Shown: positions 39,916 through 49,628 of the stretch, in pieces
How positions within the stretch are numbered: the first letter of the stretch is position 1
How the letters are laid out: each line of letters begins with the position of its first letter
Made by a program: the position numbers and the translations under genes
Assembly: GCA_021787205.1 (NCBI GenBank)
Contig: JAJYME010000007.1
Coordinates: forward strand, 10,334-74,333
Reading direction: 5' to 3'
DNA: 64,000 nucleotides
From: a bacterium
GTDB lineage: Bacteria > Patescibacteriota > Minisyncoccia > UBA6257 > Colwellbacteraceae
Notes under the pieces: model-generated
What the model was told of the DNA's origin: nothing
What the model saw: only the letters and a program-made list of their open reading frames with translations
The model's database searches: none

Positions 39916-41031
39916 ATGAAGTGGATGTCATTTGCAGTATATAGACGCTACCGACCCCAAACCGTATCCGAGCTTTTAGGGCAGACAGCGATCACCGAGA
40001 CAATAAAAAATGCCGCCGCTTCTGACCGCTTGGCCCATGCTTATCTGTTTTACGGCCCGAGAGGATGTGGGAAAACATCAACCGCGAGAATTATCGCCAA
40101 GTTGGCGAACTGCGAAAAAAGACTGAGCGATCCGGAGTTCAAGAAGCTGGGCGAGCCCTGCAATGAATGCCGTGCTTGCCGCGAAATCAATGAGGGAAGG
40201 GCGCTTGATGTCATCGAGATTGACGCCGCCTCAAACAGAGGAATTGACGAAATCCGCGCCTTAAAGGAAGGCATCCGCCTCTCCCCCACTTCCTACAAAT
40301 ATAAGGTATTCATCATCGACGAGGTTCATCAGCTGACAAAAGAAGCTTTCAACGCTCTTTTGAAAACCTTGGAAGAGCCGCCAGCTCACGCTATCTTCAT
40401 CCTGGCGACGACCGAATACGAAAAGATTCCGGCGACGATCCTGTCACGTGTCCAGCGTTTCGGATTCAAGAAGGCCACCGTCAAAAAAATTGTCGAGAAG
40501 CTTTCGATGATCGCCAAGGATTCGAATATCAATATTTCCCCAGAAGCCCTGACCCTGATCGGCTCAGCCGCTGACGGATCTTTCCGCGACGCTGAGAGCC
40601 TCTTTGACCAAGTGACCTCGATGGAGGACAAGGAGATTACTCTCTCCGAAGTCGAACTACTTTTAGGGAAGACCGGAGACAGAAAAATAATCGAGCTCAC
40701 CGATAAGATCATAAAGAACGATTTGCAGGGAGCGCTCGAATTCCTCCACTCCGCCGATGAGGCCGGCAATAATCTTGTCCAGCTGACAAAGGATACTATC
40801 CACTGGTTGAGAAAGGCTTTGGTCCTATCCTTGAATCCGAGAATAGAGAATCTTCTGAAAGAAGAGCTGACCGAAGACTCATTCCAAGCTCTTAAAGAGC
40901 AAGCGAAAACACTTAATCCGCAAAAAATTGCTATTGTCTTGAAAAACCTGATCCAGACTTATTCTGAGATGAGAACATCGCCCTTTGCCGCGATCTCACT
41001 GGAAGTATTCCTGGTTGAAAATCTGAAGTAA
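39916..41031 (+). CDS. dnaX: DNA polymerase III subunit gamma/tau, short form (371 aa).
   Basis: AAA+ clamp-loader motifs YLFYGPRGCGKTS, a CxxC zinc module, DEVHQL and SRVQRF. Confidence 0.85.
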   Translation: MKWMSFAVYRRYRPQTVSELLGQTAITETIKNAAASDRLAHAYLFYGPRGCGKTSTARIIAKLANCEKRLSDPEFKKLGEPCNECRACREINEGRALDVIEIDAASNRGIDEIRALKEGIRLSPTSYKYKVFIIDEVHQLTKEAFNALLKTLEEPPAHAIFILATTEYEKIPATILSRVQRFGFKKATVKKIVEKLSMIAKDSNINISPEALTLIGSAADGSFRDAESLFDQVTSMEDKEITLSEVELLLGKTGDRKIIELTDKIIKNDLQGALEFLHSADEAGNNLVQLTKDTIHWLRKALVLSLNPRIENLLKEELTEDSFQALKEQAKTLNPQKIAIVLKNLIQTYSEMRTSPFAAISLEVFLVENLK

Positions 41032-41039
41032 TAAAAAAG

Positions 41040-41072
41040 CGAATGCCGATGCATTCGCTTTTTTGATGGGAA
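41040..41072 (+). terminator. Intrinsic terminator after dnaX.
   Basis: aagcgaatgc cgat gcattcgctt followed by ttttg. Confidence 0.65.
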
Positions 41073-41106
41073 CAGAAACTATTAAAAAATAGACTGGTGC
41101 CGATTG

Positions 41107-41649
41107 TCAGTTATCAGAATTTCTTTTAAGAAGCAATTCTGTCTCAGGAATCCTAGCGCCGCTTTTGAAATCAAACCTTTCGTCATAAAAAAGCTTTCCC
41201 GTCTCTCTAAATCCTAACTTCTTGTAGAAACCGATAGCGTTATCGTTGTAAGTCGCCACTTGGACAATGATGTCTTTCCCGTCGTCAAAGCGTTTCAAGG
41301 CTTCGTTCCATAACATCCTGCCGATTCCCATCTTCTGATATTCCGGAAGGATATAAAGGGTTCTCAACTGATTATTATCTCCATTGATGCCGGTGGCGCA
41401 AAGTCCGACCGCTTCATCTCCATCCATCGCCAGGAGGAAGGAGGCGGTGTCCTCAAGGTTCATAAGATCGTCAGCGCGTTTTCTAATGCCTTCTTCGCTC
41501 ACAATCCTCGAGAACCTTTCTTCAATGTCGTCAACGGTGATTCCGAATTCGGCATTGGGATAGGTAGCAAGCCAAGTCTTATGAAGGATGTTTCCGATCG
41601 CTTCGGCGTCAGAGGGGGTCGCATCGCAAATTCTGATATTTCCGGTCAT
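41107..41649 (-). CDS. GNAT-family N-acetyltransferase.
   Basis: Acetyl-CoA motif QKMGIGRML ... and a typical length of 180 aa. Confidence 0.7.
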   Translation of the reverse strand: MTGNIRICDATPSDAEAIGNILHKTWLATYPNAEFGITVDDIEERFSRIVSEEGIRKRADDLMNLEDTASFLLAMDGDEAVGLCATGINGDNNQLRTLYILPEYQKMGIGRMLWNEALKRFDDGKDIIVQVATYNDNAIGFYKKLGFRETGKLFYDERFDFKSGARIPETELLLKRNSDN

Positions 41650-41721
41650 GTTGAGAATTTTAGCGGTAAAAAAAGTTTAGTCAAACAAAAACCGCCCCCC
41701 TTAGGGACGGTTAAGCGGCGA

Positions 41722-41994
41722 TTATTGCCATTTTTTCATCTCGTGGATTCTCCAGGCGTCAGCAACCCTCTTATCTTCGGCGTCTAACTCCTTCAAAACC
41801 TCGTTCCGAATCAAATATGAGGTTACTTCCTCCTTATCCTTAAGAAGATGGCTGATCTTAACAAACACCTTCTGGGTGATGCTGTCCATCTCCGGAGCGG
41901 ACAAGCCGGCGTCCTCCGCCGCGTTCATAATCGATTGTCTCAGCTTTCTGTCGTTCCAATCCTCTTTTTGTCCGGTTCTTTTTATAACACGCAT
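41722..41994 (-). CDS. Stand-alone ATP-cone domain protein (90 aa).
   Basis: MRVIKRTGQKEDWNDRKLRQSI ... matches the ATP-cone N-terminal consensus. There is no zinc ribbon, so it is not full NrdR. Confidence 0.55.
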   Translation of the reverse strand: MRVIKRTGQKEDWNDRKLRQSIMNAAEDAGLSAPEMDSITQKVFVKISHLLKDKEEVTSYLIRNEVLKELDAEDKRVADAWRIHEMKKWQ

Positions 41995-42137
41995 AAATTT
42001 ATTTTTTAATTTGTTCTTCGACCGGCTCGAATAACAAAAAACGAGCCCTATAAGACTCGCGGGTCATTTGTCATCCATTATACCACAAAACAGCCCTAGA
42101 CTCATCAAGGACAAAAAAGACCGCCTTAGAGGCGATC

Positions 42138-42653
42138 TTACATCTTTCTGCTGTCGTAAGCCCAATGGAGGACGGCTTGGCGTTGTTTCCTGTGGCAGGA
42201 ATAATCAAGAGGTTTGCAATTCTTCCTGATTTGAGAAATGTGCCTTCTGATCGCTATCCACCTCTTTATCTGTCTATCGTCTTCTCCCGGTATCCTCCTG
42301 CCCATATAATACCGGCAATACCACTGGAACCAACCGCGAGGATCATCCTTGTATATCCACCCCTTCGCCCGCCAGACACTCAAAGGTTGGCTCGCATTCA
42401 CACCAAAGAAATTAAGCTTTGGATCATGCCTCTCCGGACAAAGCTTCGCTTTCTTAAACCAGGAATCGGGAAATTCAGCCTGGCAGTCAGTCATATATTT
42501 TCCTCCAAAAACTCCAAGCTCCAACATTTCCTTGGGCGTCAGCTCTGGCTTGAATCTCGGGTCCATATTCTTCCCGACTGGTTCGGTAAGCTCATATGAA
42601 TAACCCTTCTGCATCTTGTCGTTAACAAAAATTTTTTTGATCATGTTAGGCAT
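42138..42653 (-). CDS. Hypothetical Trp/Cys/Arg-rich protein (171 aa).
   Basis: ORF only; no family recognised with confidence. Confidence 0.45.
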   Translation of the reverse strand: MPNMIKKIFVNDKMQKGYSYELTEPVGKNMDPRFKPELTPKEMLELGVFGGKYMTDCQAEFPDSWFKKAKLCPERHDPKLNFFGVNASQPLSVWRAKGWIYKDDPRGWFQWYCRYYMGRRIPGEDDRQIKRWIAIRRHISQIRKNCKPLDYSCHRKQRQAVLHWAYDSRKM

Positions 42654-43195
42654 TATAATGATTTATTGATTCCATAAGACTGGTTAATCGGTTCTTTGAA
42701 TAAGAAAAAACGAGGCGGATAGAAAGTAAAGATAGCGAACGCCACAAGGGCCGCGAGAACCAGCCCCAGCCACAGCTTGTCAGATTTTTTAGAGAACTCC
42801 GGCGTCGTCATAAGGCGGTAGCCGACATATTGCCCAGAGATGACAGAAAAGACGAAAAGGCTTATATCAACCGGAAGAAAATTATCGCCAAGCAAAGCGG
42901 TATACCCGTAGAAGCCGCCGACTATCAGGATTGGCGGCAGAAAAACAGCAACCGTCTTCGCAAAAAAGAAATTATCCGATCTCACCTTGAAAACATATCT
43001 TTCTAACAGCAACCAGACTGCTGCCGGAATGACTGCCAATTTCAAATGTTCCCAAGTGCTCTCATTGACCGCCGAAAAAACTCCGACCAGCCAATAACTG
43101 CCCGCCGCCCGATAAGTAAAATGAAGAAGGCTGCCAATGACGGATATGAAAAGAGCTCCCAGCATCTCGATTTTGAATAATCTTAGGTTTTTCAT
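42653..43195 (-). CDS. Hypothetical membrane protein (about 5 TM segments).
   Basis: Hydrophobicity only; start and stop overlap the neighbouring genes. Confidence 0.5.
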   Translation of the reverse strand: MKNLRLFKIEMLGALFISVIGSLLHFTYRAAGSYWLVGVFSAVNESTWEHLKLAVIPAAVWLLLERYVFKVRSDNFFFAKTVAVFLPPILIVGGFYGYTALLGDNFLPVDISLFVFSVISGQYVGYRLMTTPEFSKKSDKLWLGLVLAALVAFAIFTFYPPRFFLFKEPINQSYGINKSL

Positions 43196-45801
43196 TTAAA
43201 CATTTTCTTCTTATATTTGAATAATAATTTTACCAACTCAACTAAGGCGACATTGAATAACCCGATAAGAAAGACGCCGATTACCCAGTTGAGCGGCAAA
43301 GAAACGGTCTTAAATATGGCCTGCAATGCGGGATGATAAATAGACAAAGCCATCAGAACCAGGCCGGCAATGACTCCTCCGTTTAGATACCGGTTTGAAA
43401 ATAAGGGATAAGACCAGATGCTCTTATCCAGGCTTCTGACAGAAAAAGCTATCAGCAATGTATAAGTGCCGAAGGAGGCAAAAATAAAGGTGCGGATAAT
43501 CGCTTCATCGCATCCCGATCTCATCAGCCAATAATAAAGGATGAATAAGAAGGCACTGCTGAAGATTCCTAAGGAGAAAATCAAAAACTTGCTCAAAGGA
43601 TCGAAGAGTTTAGTACTCTTGCTTCTTCTTAAGTGTCTCGAGAGATTGTCTGGATCTCTTTCAAAAGCGTAAGCTACTGCCGGAAAGCTATCGGTGAAAA
43701 AATTGACCCAAAGTATTTGCAAGGCATTGAACGGCAACGCCATCCCCATCAAGAGCGATCCGCCGACGAGAACTAATTCATTAGTGACACTCGACAGGAG
43801 ATAAATAAGAACTTTCCTTATGTTGCTCAAAATCTGCCTGCCCTCCTCTATCGCCGCAACGATAGTCTCGAAATTATCATCAAGAAGGACAAGGTCGGCA
43901 ACGCTTTGGGCAACCTCAGTCCCCGACCCCATAGCAATACCGACATCGGCTCGCTTGATTGATGGGGCATCATTAACGCCGTCGCCGGTCATCGCTACTA
44001 CCTCGCCCATTCCCTGCAACACCTTGGCAATTCTCATCTTATCAAGAGGAGTGACGCGTGAAATCACCGAAAGGCGCGGAATCCTTTCTTTCAACTCATT
44101 CTCCGATAATTTAGAGAACTCAGAGGCGTCAAGGACGGATTCCCCATCAATATCCAGACCGATTTCCTTAGCGACGGCGGCGGCGGTGCCGCGGTGATCT
44201 CCCGTCAGGATAACCGTCCTTATCCCGGCGGCACGAACCTTTTCAATGGCTTGTTTGATGCCAGGGCGAACGGGATCGCGGAAGGTAACTAGCCCGTCAA
44301 GCGAAAGATCCGACAGGAAGGCATCATCAGTGAAAGAGAAGTCTTCTGTGTTTGATATTTCCTTCGAGGCCACGCCTAGAACCCTTTCCCCTGAGAAAGC
44401 TAAGGCTTCTATTCTGGAAAGGATTTCTTTTCTTTCAGATTCGTTTAAATAAGAATGGGCGGCTAAAATATCGGGCGCGCCAAAGAAGACGATCAAATGC
44501 TTCCCCGACTCCCTGATAAGAGATGCGGAAAATTTATGGATAGCGTTAAATGGAAGGGATTGCAAAACATGCTCCTTGGAAATGATTTTATCGATGGATA
44601 TGCCCCTTAAACCAGCAGAGCGGACAAGCGCCATTTCCATTGTCTTTCCACTCATCCGCCAGAGCTCGGGATCATCCTCCGGATTTTCCACAAGCACATT
44701 GGCATTAGCCAGAGCCCTGGCTAAAAGCTTTTCCTCCCCGATGCCAAAGGAAACAATTTTTGACATCAACATCTTAGCCATGGTCAATGTCCCAGTCTTA
44801 TCCGTCAGGATGACCGTCGTTCCTCCCAGCGCCTCCGCAGCAATCAATCTCCTGACCACGCCTTTTCTTTTTGCCATTCTCTCCACCCCGACAGCCAAGA
44901 TTACGGTCGTTGAAATCGGGAGCCCTTCGGGAATGGATGAGACGGCAACGGCTACTGCCGTCAAAAACATATCGACAACCGGATAACCAACGGCGATGCC
45001 GATTCCAAAGACGACTAAGGTCAAAGTTGCCAGGATTGTGCTTAGATAGAGGCTGAATCTAATAACAGCTTTCTGAAGCGGAGTCTTCTCATCCTCCGAC
45101 GAAGCGATAAGTGAGGCAATTTTTCCTAATTCGGTATCCGCATTAGTGCGACAAACTATGGCGGCACAAACGCCTTGGATAACCAAGGTTCCGGCAAAAA
45201 CCATGGAATCCTGATCTGGAATCTCAGCCTCTGCCGCCGAGGGATCGGCTGATTTGGTCACCGGCAAGGATTCGCCTGTAAGCACAGACTCATCCGCCTG
45301 AAAATCATTAACAAAGGAGATTCTTGCATCAGCCGGAACCCTATCCCCTTGGGCTAGACGGATAATGTCTCCAATTACAAGCTCTTCGGCATCCACCTCC
45401 CGTTCTCTTCCGTCTCTTATGACGCGAGCTCTCTGCCTCAGATAAGTCTTTATCTCCGAAAGCGCTTGCTCAGCTTTGTTTTCCTGATAAAAACCAAGGG
45501 CGGAGTTCACAAAAACAGCGATAAAGATAAAAAGGGCATCTTGAAGATGAGAAATGGCAACCGTAATAATTCCGGCAAAAACCAAAATAAGGATCAACGG
45601 GCTTTTCAGTTGATTTAAGAAAATCCCGATCCTCGTATTCTTGGGGGCGATCCGAAAGGCATTCCTCCCGAAGGCGGTCAACCTTTCTTCGGCTTCACTA
45701 GCCGATAACCCCCTCTCCAAATCAGTTTTTAAAAAATTGGCAGCCTCAATGGACGATAAAGACCAAAATTTATGTTGAAGATTTTTTGTTTTTAAGTCCA
45801 T
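43192..45801 (-). CDS. Cation-transporting P-type ATPase (type II, Ca2+/Mg2+-like).
   Basis: DKTGTLT phosphorylation site, TGDGVNDAPS hinge, and a 10 TM architecture; 869 aa. Confidence 0.9.
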   Translation of the reverse strand: MDLKTKNLQHKFWSLSSIEAANFLKTDLERGLSASEAEERLTAFGRNAFRIAPKNTRIGIFLNQLKSPLILILVFAGIITVAISHLQDALFIFIAVFVNSALGFYQENKAEQALSEIKTYLRQRARVIRDGREREVDAEELVIGDIIRLAQGDRVPADARISFVNDFQADESVLTGESLPVTKSADPSAAEAEIPDQDSMVFAGTLVIQGVCAAIVCRTNADTELGKIASLIASSEDEKTPLQKAVIRFSLYLSTILATLTLVVFGIGIAVGYPVVDMFLTAVAVAVSSIPEGLPISTTVILAVGVERMAKRKGVVRRLIAAEALGGTTVILTDKTGTLTMAKMLMSKIVSFGIGEEKLLARALANANVLVENPEDDPELWRMSGKTMEMALVRSAGLRGISIDKIISKEHVLQSLPFNAIHKFSASLIRESGKHLIVFFGAPDILAAHSYLNESERKEILSRIEALAFSGERVLGVASKEISNTEDFSFTDDAFLSDLSLDGLVTFRDPVRPGIKQAIEKVRAAGIRTVILTGDHRGTAAAVAKEIGLDIDGESVLDASEFSKLSENELKERIPRLSVISRVTPLDKMRIAKVLQGMGEVVAMTGDGVNDAPSIKRADVGIAMGSGTEVAQSVADLVLLDDNFETIVAAIEEGRQILSNIRKVLIYLLSSVTNELVLVGGSLLMGMALPFNALQILWVNFFTDSFPAVAYAFERDPDNLSRHLRRSKSTKLFDPLSKFLIFSLGIFSSAFLFILYYWLMRSGCDEAIIRTFIFASFGTYTLLIAFSVRSLDKSIWSYPLFSNRYLNGGVIAGLVLMALSIYHPALQAIFKTVSLPLNWVIGVFLIGLFNVALVELVKLLFKYKKKMFK

Positions 45802-45815
45802 TAGGATTAATTGGG

Positions 45816-46529
45816 TTAGAAGTTTATGATGTCTTTTTTCTCATTCCATCTTTCCGCCTCAGCAATGATCCTTCTCATCATCCCCACCGTTTCAACCGGA
45901 TACTTTCCGACAGCCGTTTCTTCTGAAAGCATGACGGCCGATGAATAGTCAAAAACGGCATTCGCCACATCAGAAACCTCAGCTCTCGTCGGCTCCTGGT
46001 TATTTACCATAGACAGAAGCATTTCCGTCGCCGTCACCAAAAATTTCCCTTTTTTCAGGGTCTTGTGAGTAAACTCCTTCTGAAGCGGCGGAACCTTTTC
46101 CAAAGACTCAGCTACCCCTAAATCACCCCTCGCGATCATAATCCCATCAGAAGCGTCCAGGACAGCGTCAAAATTCTCAACCCCTCTGACCGATTCTATT
46201 TTTGAGATGACAAAGGCTCCGGGAAGCCTCCTGCGAGCTTCGTCAATCTGCTCATGATTCTCGGCAAAAGACAGGGCGATGTATTTAACACCTCTCCTGG
46301 CCGCATAATCAAGCTTGTCAAAGCTTTTTATATCGAGGATGACTTGCACTCTGTTTTCCGGATCGGCCTTTTTAAGGTTATCAAGAATAAGATCATACTG
46401 GGTTTCGTCGCCGTAGAAAGTATTGATTCTTATATAATCAATTCCCACTGCTATCAACTTTTCAAAGACACCGTAGTCCAGGGTGGCCGGACCGATGGTG
46501 GCGATGATTTTTGTCTTTAAAGATTCCAT
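45816..46529 (-). CDS. Pyruvate-kinase-like barrel protein that lacks the B (lid) domain and the C-terminal domain (237 aa).
   Basis: KIIATIGP ... KIES ... MIARGDLG ... TEMLLSM ... GKYP are retained. The GP(E/R)IR motif and the whole B-domain are absent. Confidence 0.6.
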   Translation of the reverse strand: MESLKTKIIATIGPATLDYGVFEKLIAVGIDYIRINTFYGDETQYDLILDNLKKADPENRVQVILDIKSFDKLDYAARRGVKYIALSFAENHEQIDEARRRLPGAFVISKIESVRGVENFDAVLDASDGIMIARGDLGVAESLEKVPPLQKEFTHKTLKKGKFLVTATEMLLSMVNNQEPTRAEVSDVANAVFDYSSAVMLSEETAVGKYPVETVGMMRRIIAEAERWNEKKDIINF

Positions 46530-46590
46530 TAATGAATATTATAAAAATAAAAACGGGCTTTTGAAAGCTCGTCTTATCCTTTTCTCAAGA

Positions 46591-47154
46591 TTATTCCAGA
46601 TTAACGCTGTGTTTTCGCAGATCAGCCCTGATCTCCTTGTAATCAGGAAAAGCCCTCGAGACCAGATCCCAGAATCTGGGAGAATGATTGAATTCGGCGA
46701 GGTGGCATAACTCATGGACGATGACATAGTCGCGAGCTCTCTCTGGCAATAAAGCAATCTTGTAATTGAAATTTAAGTTTCCCCTCTTTGAACAACTGCC
46801 CCAGCAAGTCTTTTGGTTTCTTATGCTTATCTTATTGAATTTGAAACCGTAGATACCATTTAGGGCAACGATTCTCTCGGTTATCAGCCGGCGAGCCTTC
46901 TCCTTATTCTCCAAATATTCCCTCCTTTTAGCCTCCTTTGGCATTACCGGTTTTAAGGAATTGATTTTGGAGACTATCCAGCCAGATTTCTCCTCCACAA
47001 ACCGATCGATGATCAGCTCACTTACTCCTAAAGGCGCGGTGATGGTAATTGATCTGTCGGAATGGATGATGAGGCGGATGCAGCGAGAGCGCCTGTTTTT
47101 GCGCAAGGTATACAGAAGCTCCTGATTGTCTATAACAATTCTTTTGGTTTTCAT
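46591..47154 (-). CDS. YgjP/DUF45-family (M48-like, SprT-like) metal-dependent hydrolase.
   Basis: WGSCS ... HELCHL zinc motif. Confidence 0.7.
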   Translation of the reverse strand: MKTKRIVIDNQELLYTLRKNRRSRCIRLIIHSDRSITITAPLGVSELIIDRFVEEKSGWIVSKINSLKPVMPKEAKRREYLENKEKARRLITERIVALNGIYGFKFNKISIRNQKTCWGSCSKRGNLNFNYKIALLPERARDYVIVHELCHLAEFNHSPRFWDLVSRAFPDYKEIRADLRKHSVNLE

Positions 47155-47235
47155 GGTCGGAAGCGCGGATTTATATAAGATTATAATGCAATAAAATATA
47201 AAAATACTCCAACTGACGCTGGAGTATTTTATATG

Positions 47236-47306
47236 CTACCGGACCTGGATTCGAACCAAGATTGAGGGCTTCAAAGGCCCCTGTCCTACCATTAGACGAT
47301 CCGGTA
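47236..47306 (-). tRNA. tRNA-Gln (anticodon UUG).
   Basis: Manual fold. Acceptor stem TACCGGA/TCCGGTA, U8, anticodon loop CTTTGAA (anticodon TTG), T-arm CTTGG-TTCGAAT-CCAGG, discriminator G. It is followed by the same terminator hairpin as the first tRNA-Gln. Confidence 0.85.
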
Positions 47307-47386
47307 AATACCAATACAGTATATCATTTTTTTGGCTTTTGTGAAGGGCTAAACCAAAATAAAAGAGGCCCCGAAAGGCCTCGATC

Positions 47387-47767
47387 TTAGGTTCGATCAG
47401 AGATGATGGTTCTTATAACAGAAAGGTATTCCTTGAGCTTGTCGCAGCCAGCCGCGGAAATCGCAAAGACGTCCTTCTGCCGTTTTTCATCTTTGAGTTT
47501 TTCTAATATTTCCCTTGTCTTCTTGTTCGCCTCAGGAGATCCGCTCCAATCAAGGGCGATGCCGTGATGCGTCCAGCCGACTATGAATTCACCGAACTCC
47601 GTCTTTATCGAGAACCATGCCGGTATGTCTCCTCCATAAAGAGCGGGGTCATCCTGCTCCATCTTTATTGTTTGGAAACCAGCTTCCCGGAACGCTTTCT
47701 CGAAGTCTCTCTCCACATCCGATTGGTCGGAATAGTCATAACGATAATAGAAGCTCTTTATGTCCAC
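47387..47767 (-). CDS. Hypothetical protein (126 aa).
   Basis: ORF; weak similarity to the neighbouring 126 aa ORF (shared hydrophobic-IDWS core). Confidence 0.45.
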   Translation of the reverse strand: MDIKSFYYRYDYSDQSDVERDFEKAFREAGFQTIKMEQDDPALYGGDIPAWFSIKTEFGEFIVGWTHHGIALDWSGSPEANKKTREILEKLKDEKRQKDVFAISAAGCDKLKEYLSVIRTIISDRT

Positions 47768-47890
47768 GGAAAATCACCTCCGGACAAGAAAATAAAAGGC
47801 TTTTTCTGCCTTATTGATAGCACATCCGCCGAAACAATGCAAAAACAGAAAAAGGCTCCTTTTTAGGAGCCTTCGCATTAGTATTTGGGG

Positions 47891-48271
47891 TTAGAGTATG
47901 TCTTTAAGGATCTTCAAGACTTTACCCATTTCAGCGTAGTCTTTTACGATGACGCCGTTGTTCTCAGGGGCATATCTGCACCTTTTCAGTTTCATATCGA
48001 CGACCCCACGATGTCTTTTCAATGCAAAAGCATCGCTCCAGTCGATCCTTATCTCACCGGTTAGCAAAAAGCAGACACCGATAGTGCCAAGCTCGCAGTT
48101 GGCGGCAAAGGCTAAGAGATCGTTTTCCTTGTCGGGTTTCAGGACGAGAGTAATCGCCGGTTGGAAGCCAGCTACTCTGAAGGTATTCAAAACCATCATC
48201 TGTTTTCCTCTGGTTTCATCATTCCTTTTAGACGTTACAGGATTACACATAAAAACACTCTCCAAATACAA
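47891..48271 (-). CDS. Hypothetical protein (126 aa; the start is uncertain, with possible internal ATGs).
   Basis: ORF with a terminator hairpin downstream at about 47847-47873. Confidence 0.45.
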   Translation of the reverse strand: MYLESVFMCNPVTSKRNDETRGKQMMVLNTFRVAGFQPAITLVLKPDKENDLLAFAANCELGTIGVCFLLTGEIRIDWSDAFALKRHRGVVDMKLKRCRYAPENNGVIVKDYAEMGKVLKILKDIL

Positions 48272-48505
48272 AATTTATTTATAGGTTTCTAGTCAAAATG
48301 TACAATATTTAACGATAAAAGTCAAGTTGGATGAGCTTATTCTTACCGAAAAAAAGCGGTCGAATCTCCTCAAACTAGGTTCCTCCCTCCTTAGCATTGT
48401 CGGCGACTTATTAAGTTTTGGACCAAGAATGAAGATATTAAAATGTTCGGTTGCCTGTCCCCTTTTCTCTATGTTAAAATTTTTTCTGATTTCACTAATT
48501 TTTTC

Positions 48506-49561
48506 ATGTTTAAAAAAATCTTCTCAAAGAGTTTCAAATTTCTTGTATATTTTTTCGCCGCCTTCGGCTTATTGCTCACCATCGGTTTCTTCGCAGTCAA
48601 ATTCGGACTGACGAAAGTCCCCGGGATGATCGACCTGAACGACAGGTTGTTCACTGAAAACAAAACAACAAAAGATTCTATCGCCAAAAAGCCGGAGAAT
48701 TCCATCTCCTCCAAAAACTTGTGCAAACTGGCTATCGTCAACAGCCTCTTTCCCTCGAATTCTTCGGCAATCATTGACGCCATCAAGTCCGGAGCGGATA
48801 ACGACAAGATAGAGTCGATGATATTCGCGATCGAAAAAGAAATGGCAAAGAACCCGAAGGTATCCCAAGCCCTCTCCGATTGCGATGCCTACCCGGAATC
48901 AGCCAACAAGAGCAATCTCTTCGCTTGGATGAACTCCGAGGATTGGACCGTCTTCGAAGAAGCGGTAAAGAAGGACTCGGAAGTGATAAATCGGATAAGC
49001 AAAGAAACAGGAGTCCCCTCCCGCATGATCGTCGGAGCCTTAGTTGGTGAACAATTAAGACTTTATAATTCGGACAGGGAAACCTTCAAGCAATTCTTCG
49101 CCCCGCTTAAGATCCTCGGAAACGAAGTCAAATTTTCCCTGGGCGTCACGGGAATCAAAGAAGAGACAGCGATGAAGATAGAGGCCAATCTCAAGGATCC
49201 CTCCTCGGTCTTTTATCCCGGACCGGAATTCGAGAATCTGCTTGATTTCAAGACCGGGAATCCCACAAATGAAAGAGTTGAAAGACTGACGGACAAAAAT
49301 AACCGCTATTATCCGTATCTCTACACCGCCCTCTTCATAAAGGAGATCGAGGCTCAATGGTCAAAAGCCGGATTCGACATCTCGAACCGCCCGGAAATCC
49401 TGGGAACCTTGTGGAACATAGGGTTCGCCAAATCAAAACCGAACCCCTCTCCCTCCACCGGCGGCGCCATAATCGATATCGATGGAAAGCAATATACTTT
49501 CGGCGGACTGGTCTATGACTTTTACTACTCCGGAAGGATGTTGAAAGAATTTCCATTTTAA
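48506..49561 (+). CDS. Hypothetical membrane-anchored protein (351 aa).
   Basis: Start placed at the internal ATG (MFKKIFSKSFKFLVYFFAAFGLLL... signal anchor). A terminator hairpin follows at 49563-49586. Confidence 0.5.
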   Translation: MFKKIFSKSFKFLVYFFAAFGLLLTIGFFAVKFGLTKVPGMIDLNDRLFTENKTTKDSIAKKPENSISSKNLCKLAIVNSLFPSNSSAIIDAIKSGADNDKIESMIFAIEKEMAKNPKVSQALSDCDAYPESANKSNLFAWMNSEDWTVFEEAVKKDSEVINRISKETGVPSRMIVGALVGEQLRLYNSDRETFKQFFAPLKILGNEVKFSLGVTGIKEETAMKIEANLKDPSSVFYPGPEFENLLDFKTGNPTNERVERLTDKNNRYYPYLYTALFIKEIEAQWSKAGFDISNRPEILGTLWNIGFAKSKPNPSPSTGGAIIDIDGKQYTFGGLVYDFYYSGRMLKEFPF

Positions 49562-49628
49562 AAACCGCAAAATGCGGTTTTTTGATTATCTCATTTTTTT
49601 AGGCTAGAATGTCTTAAGATTCAAATTA

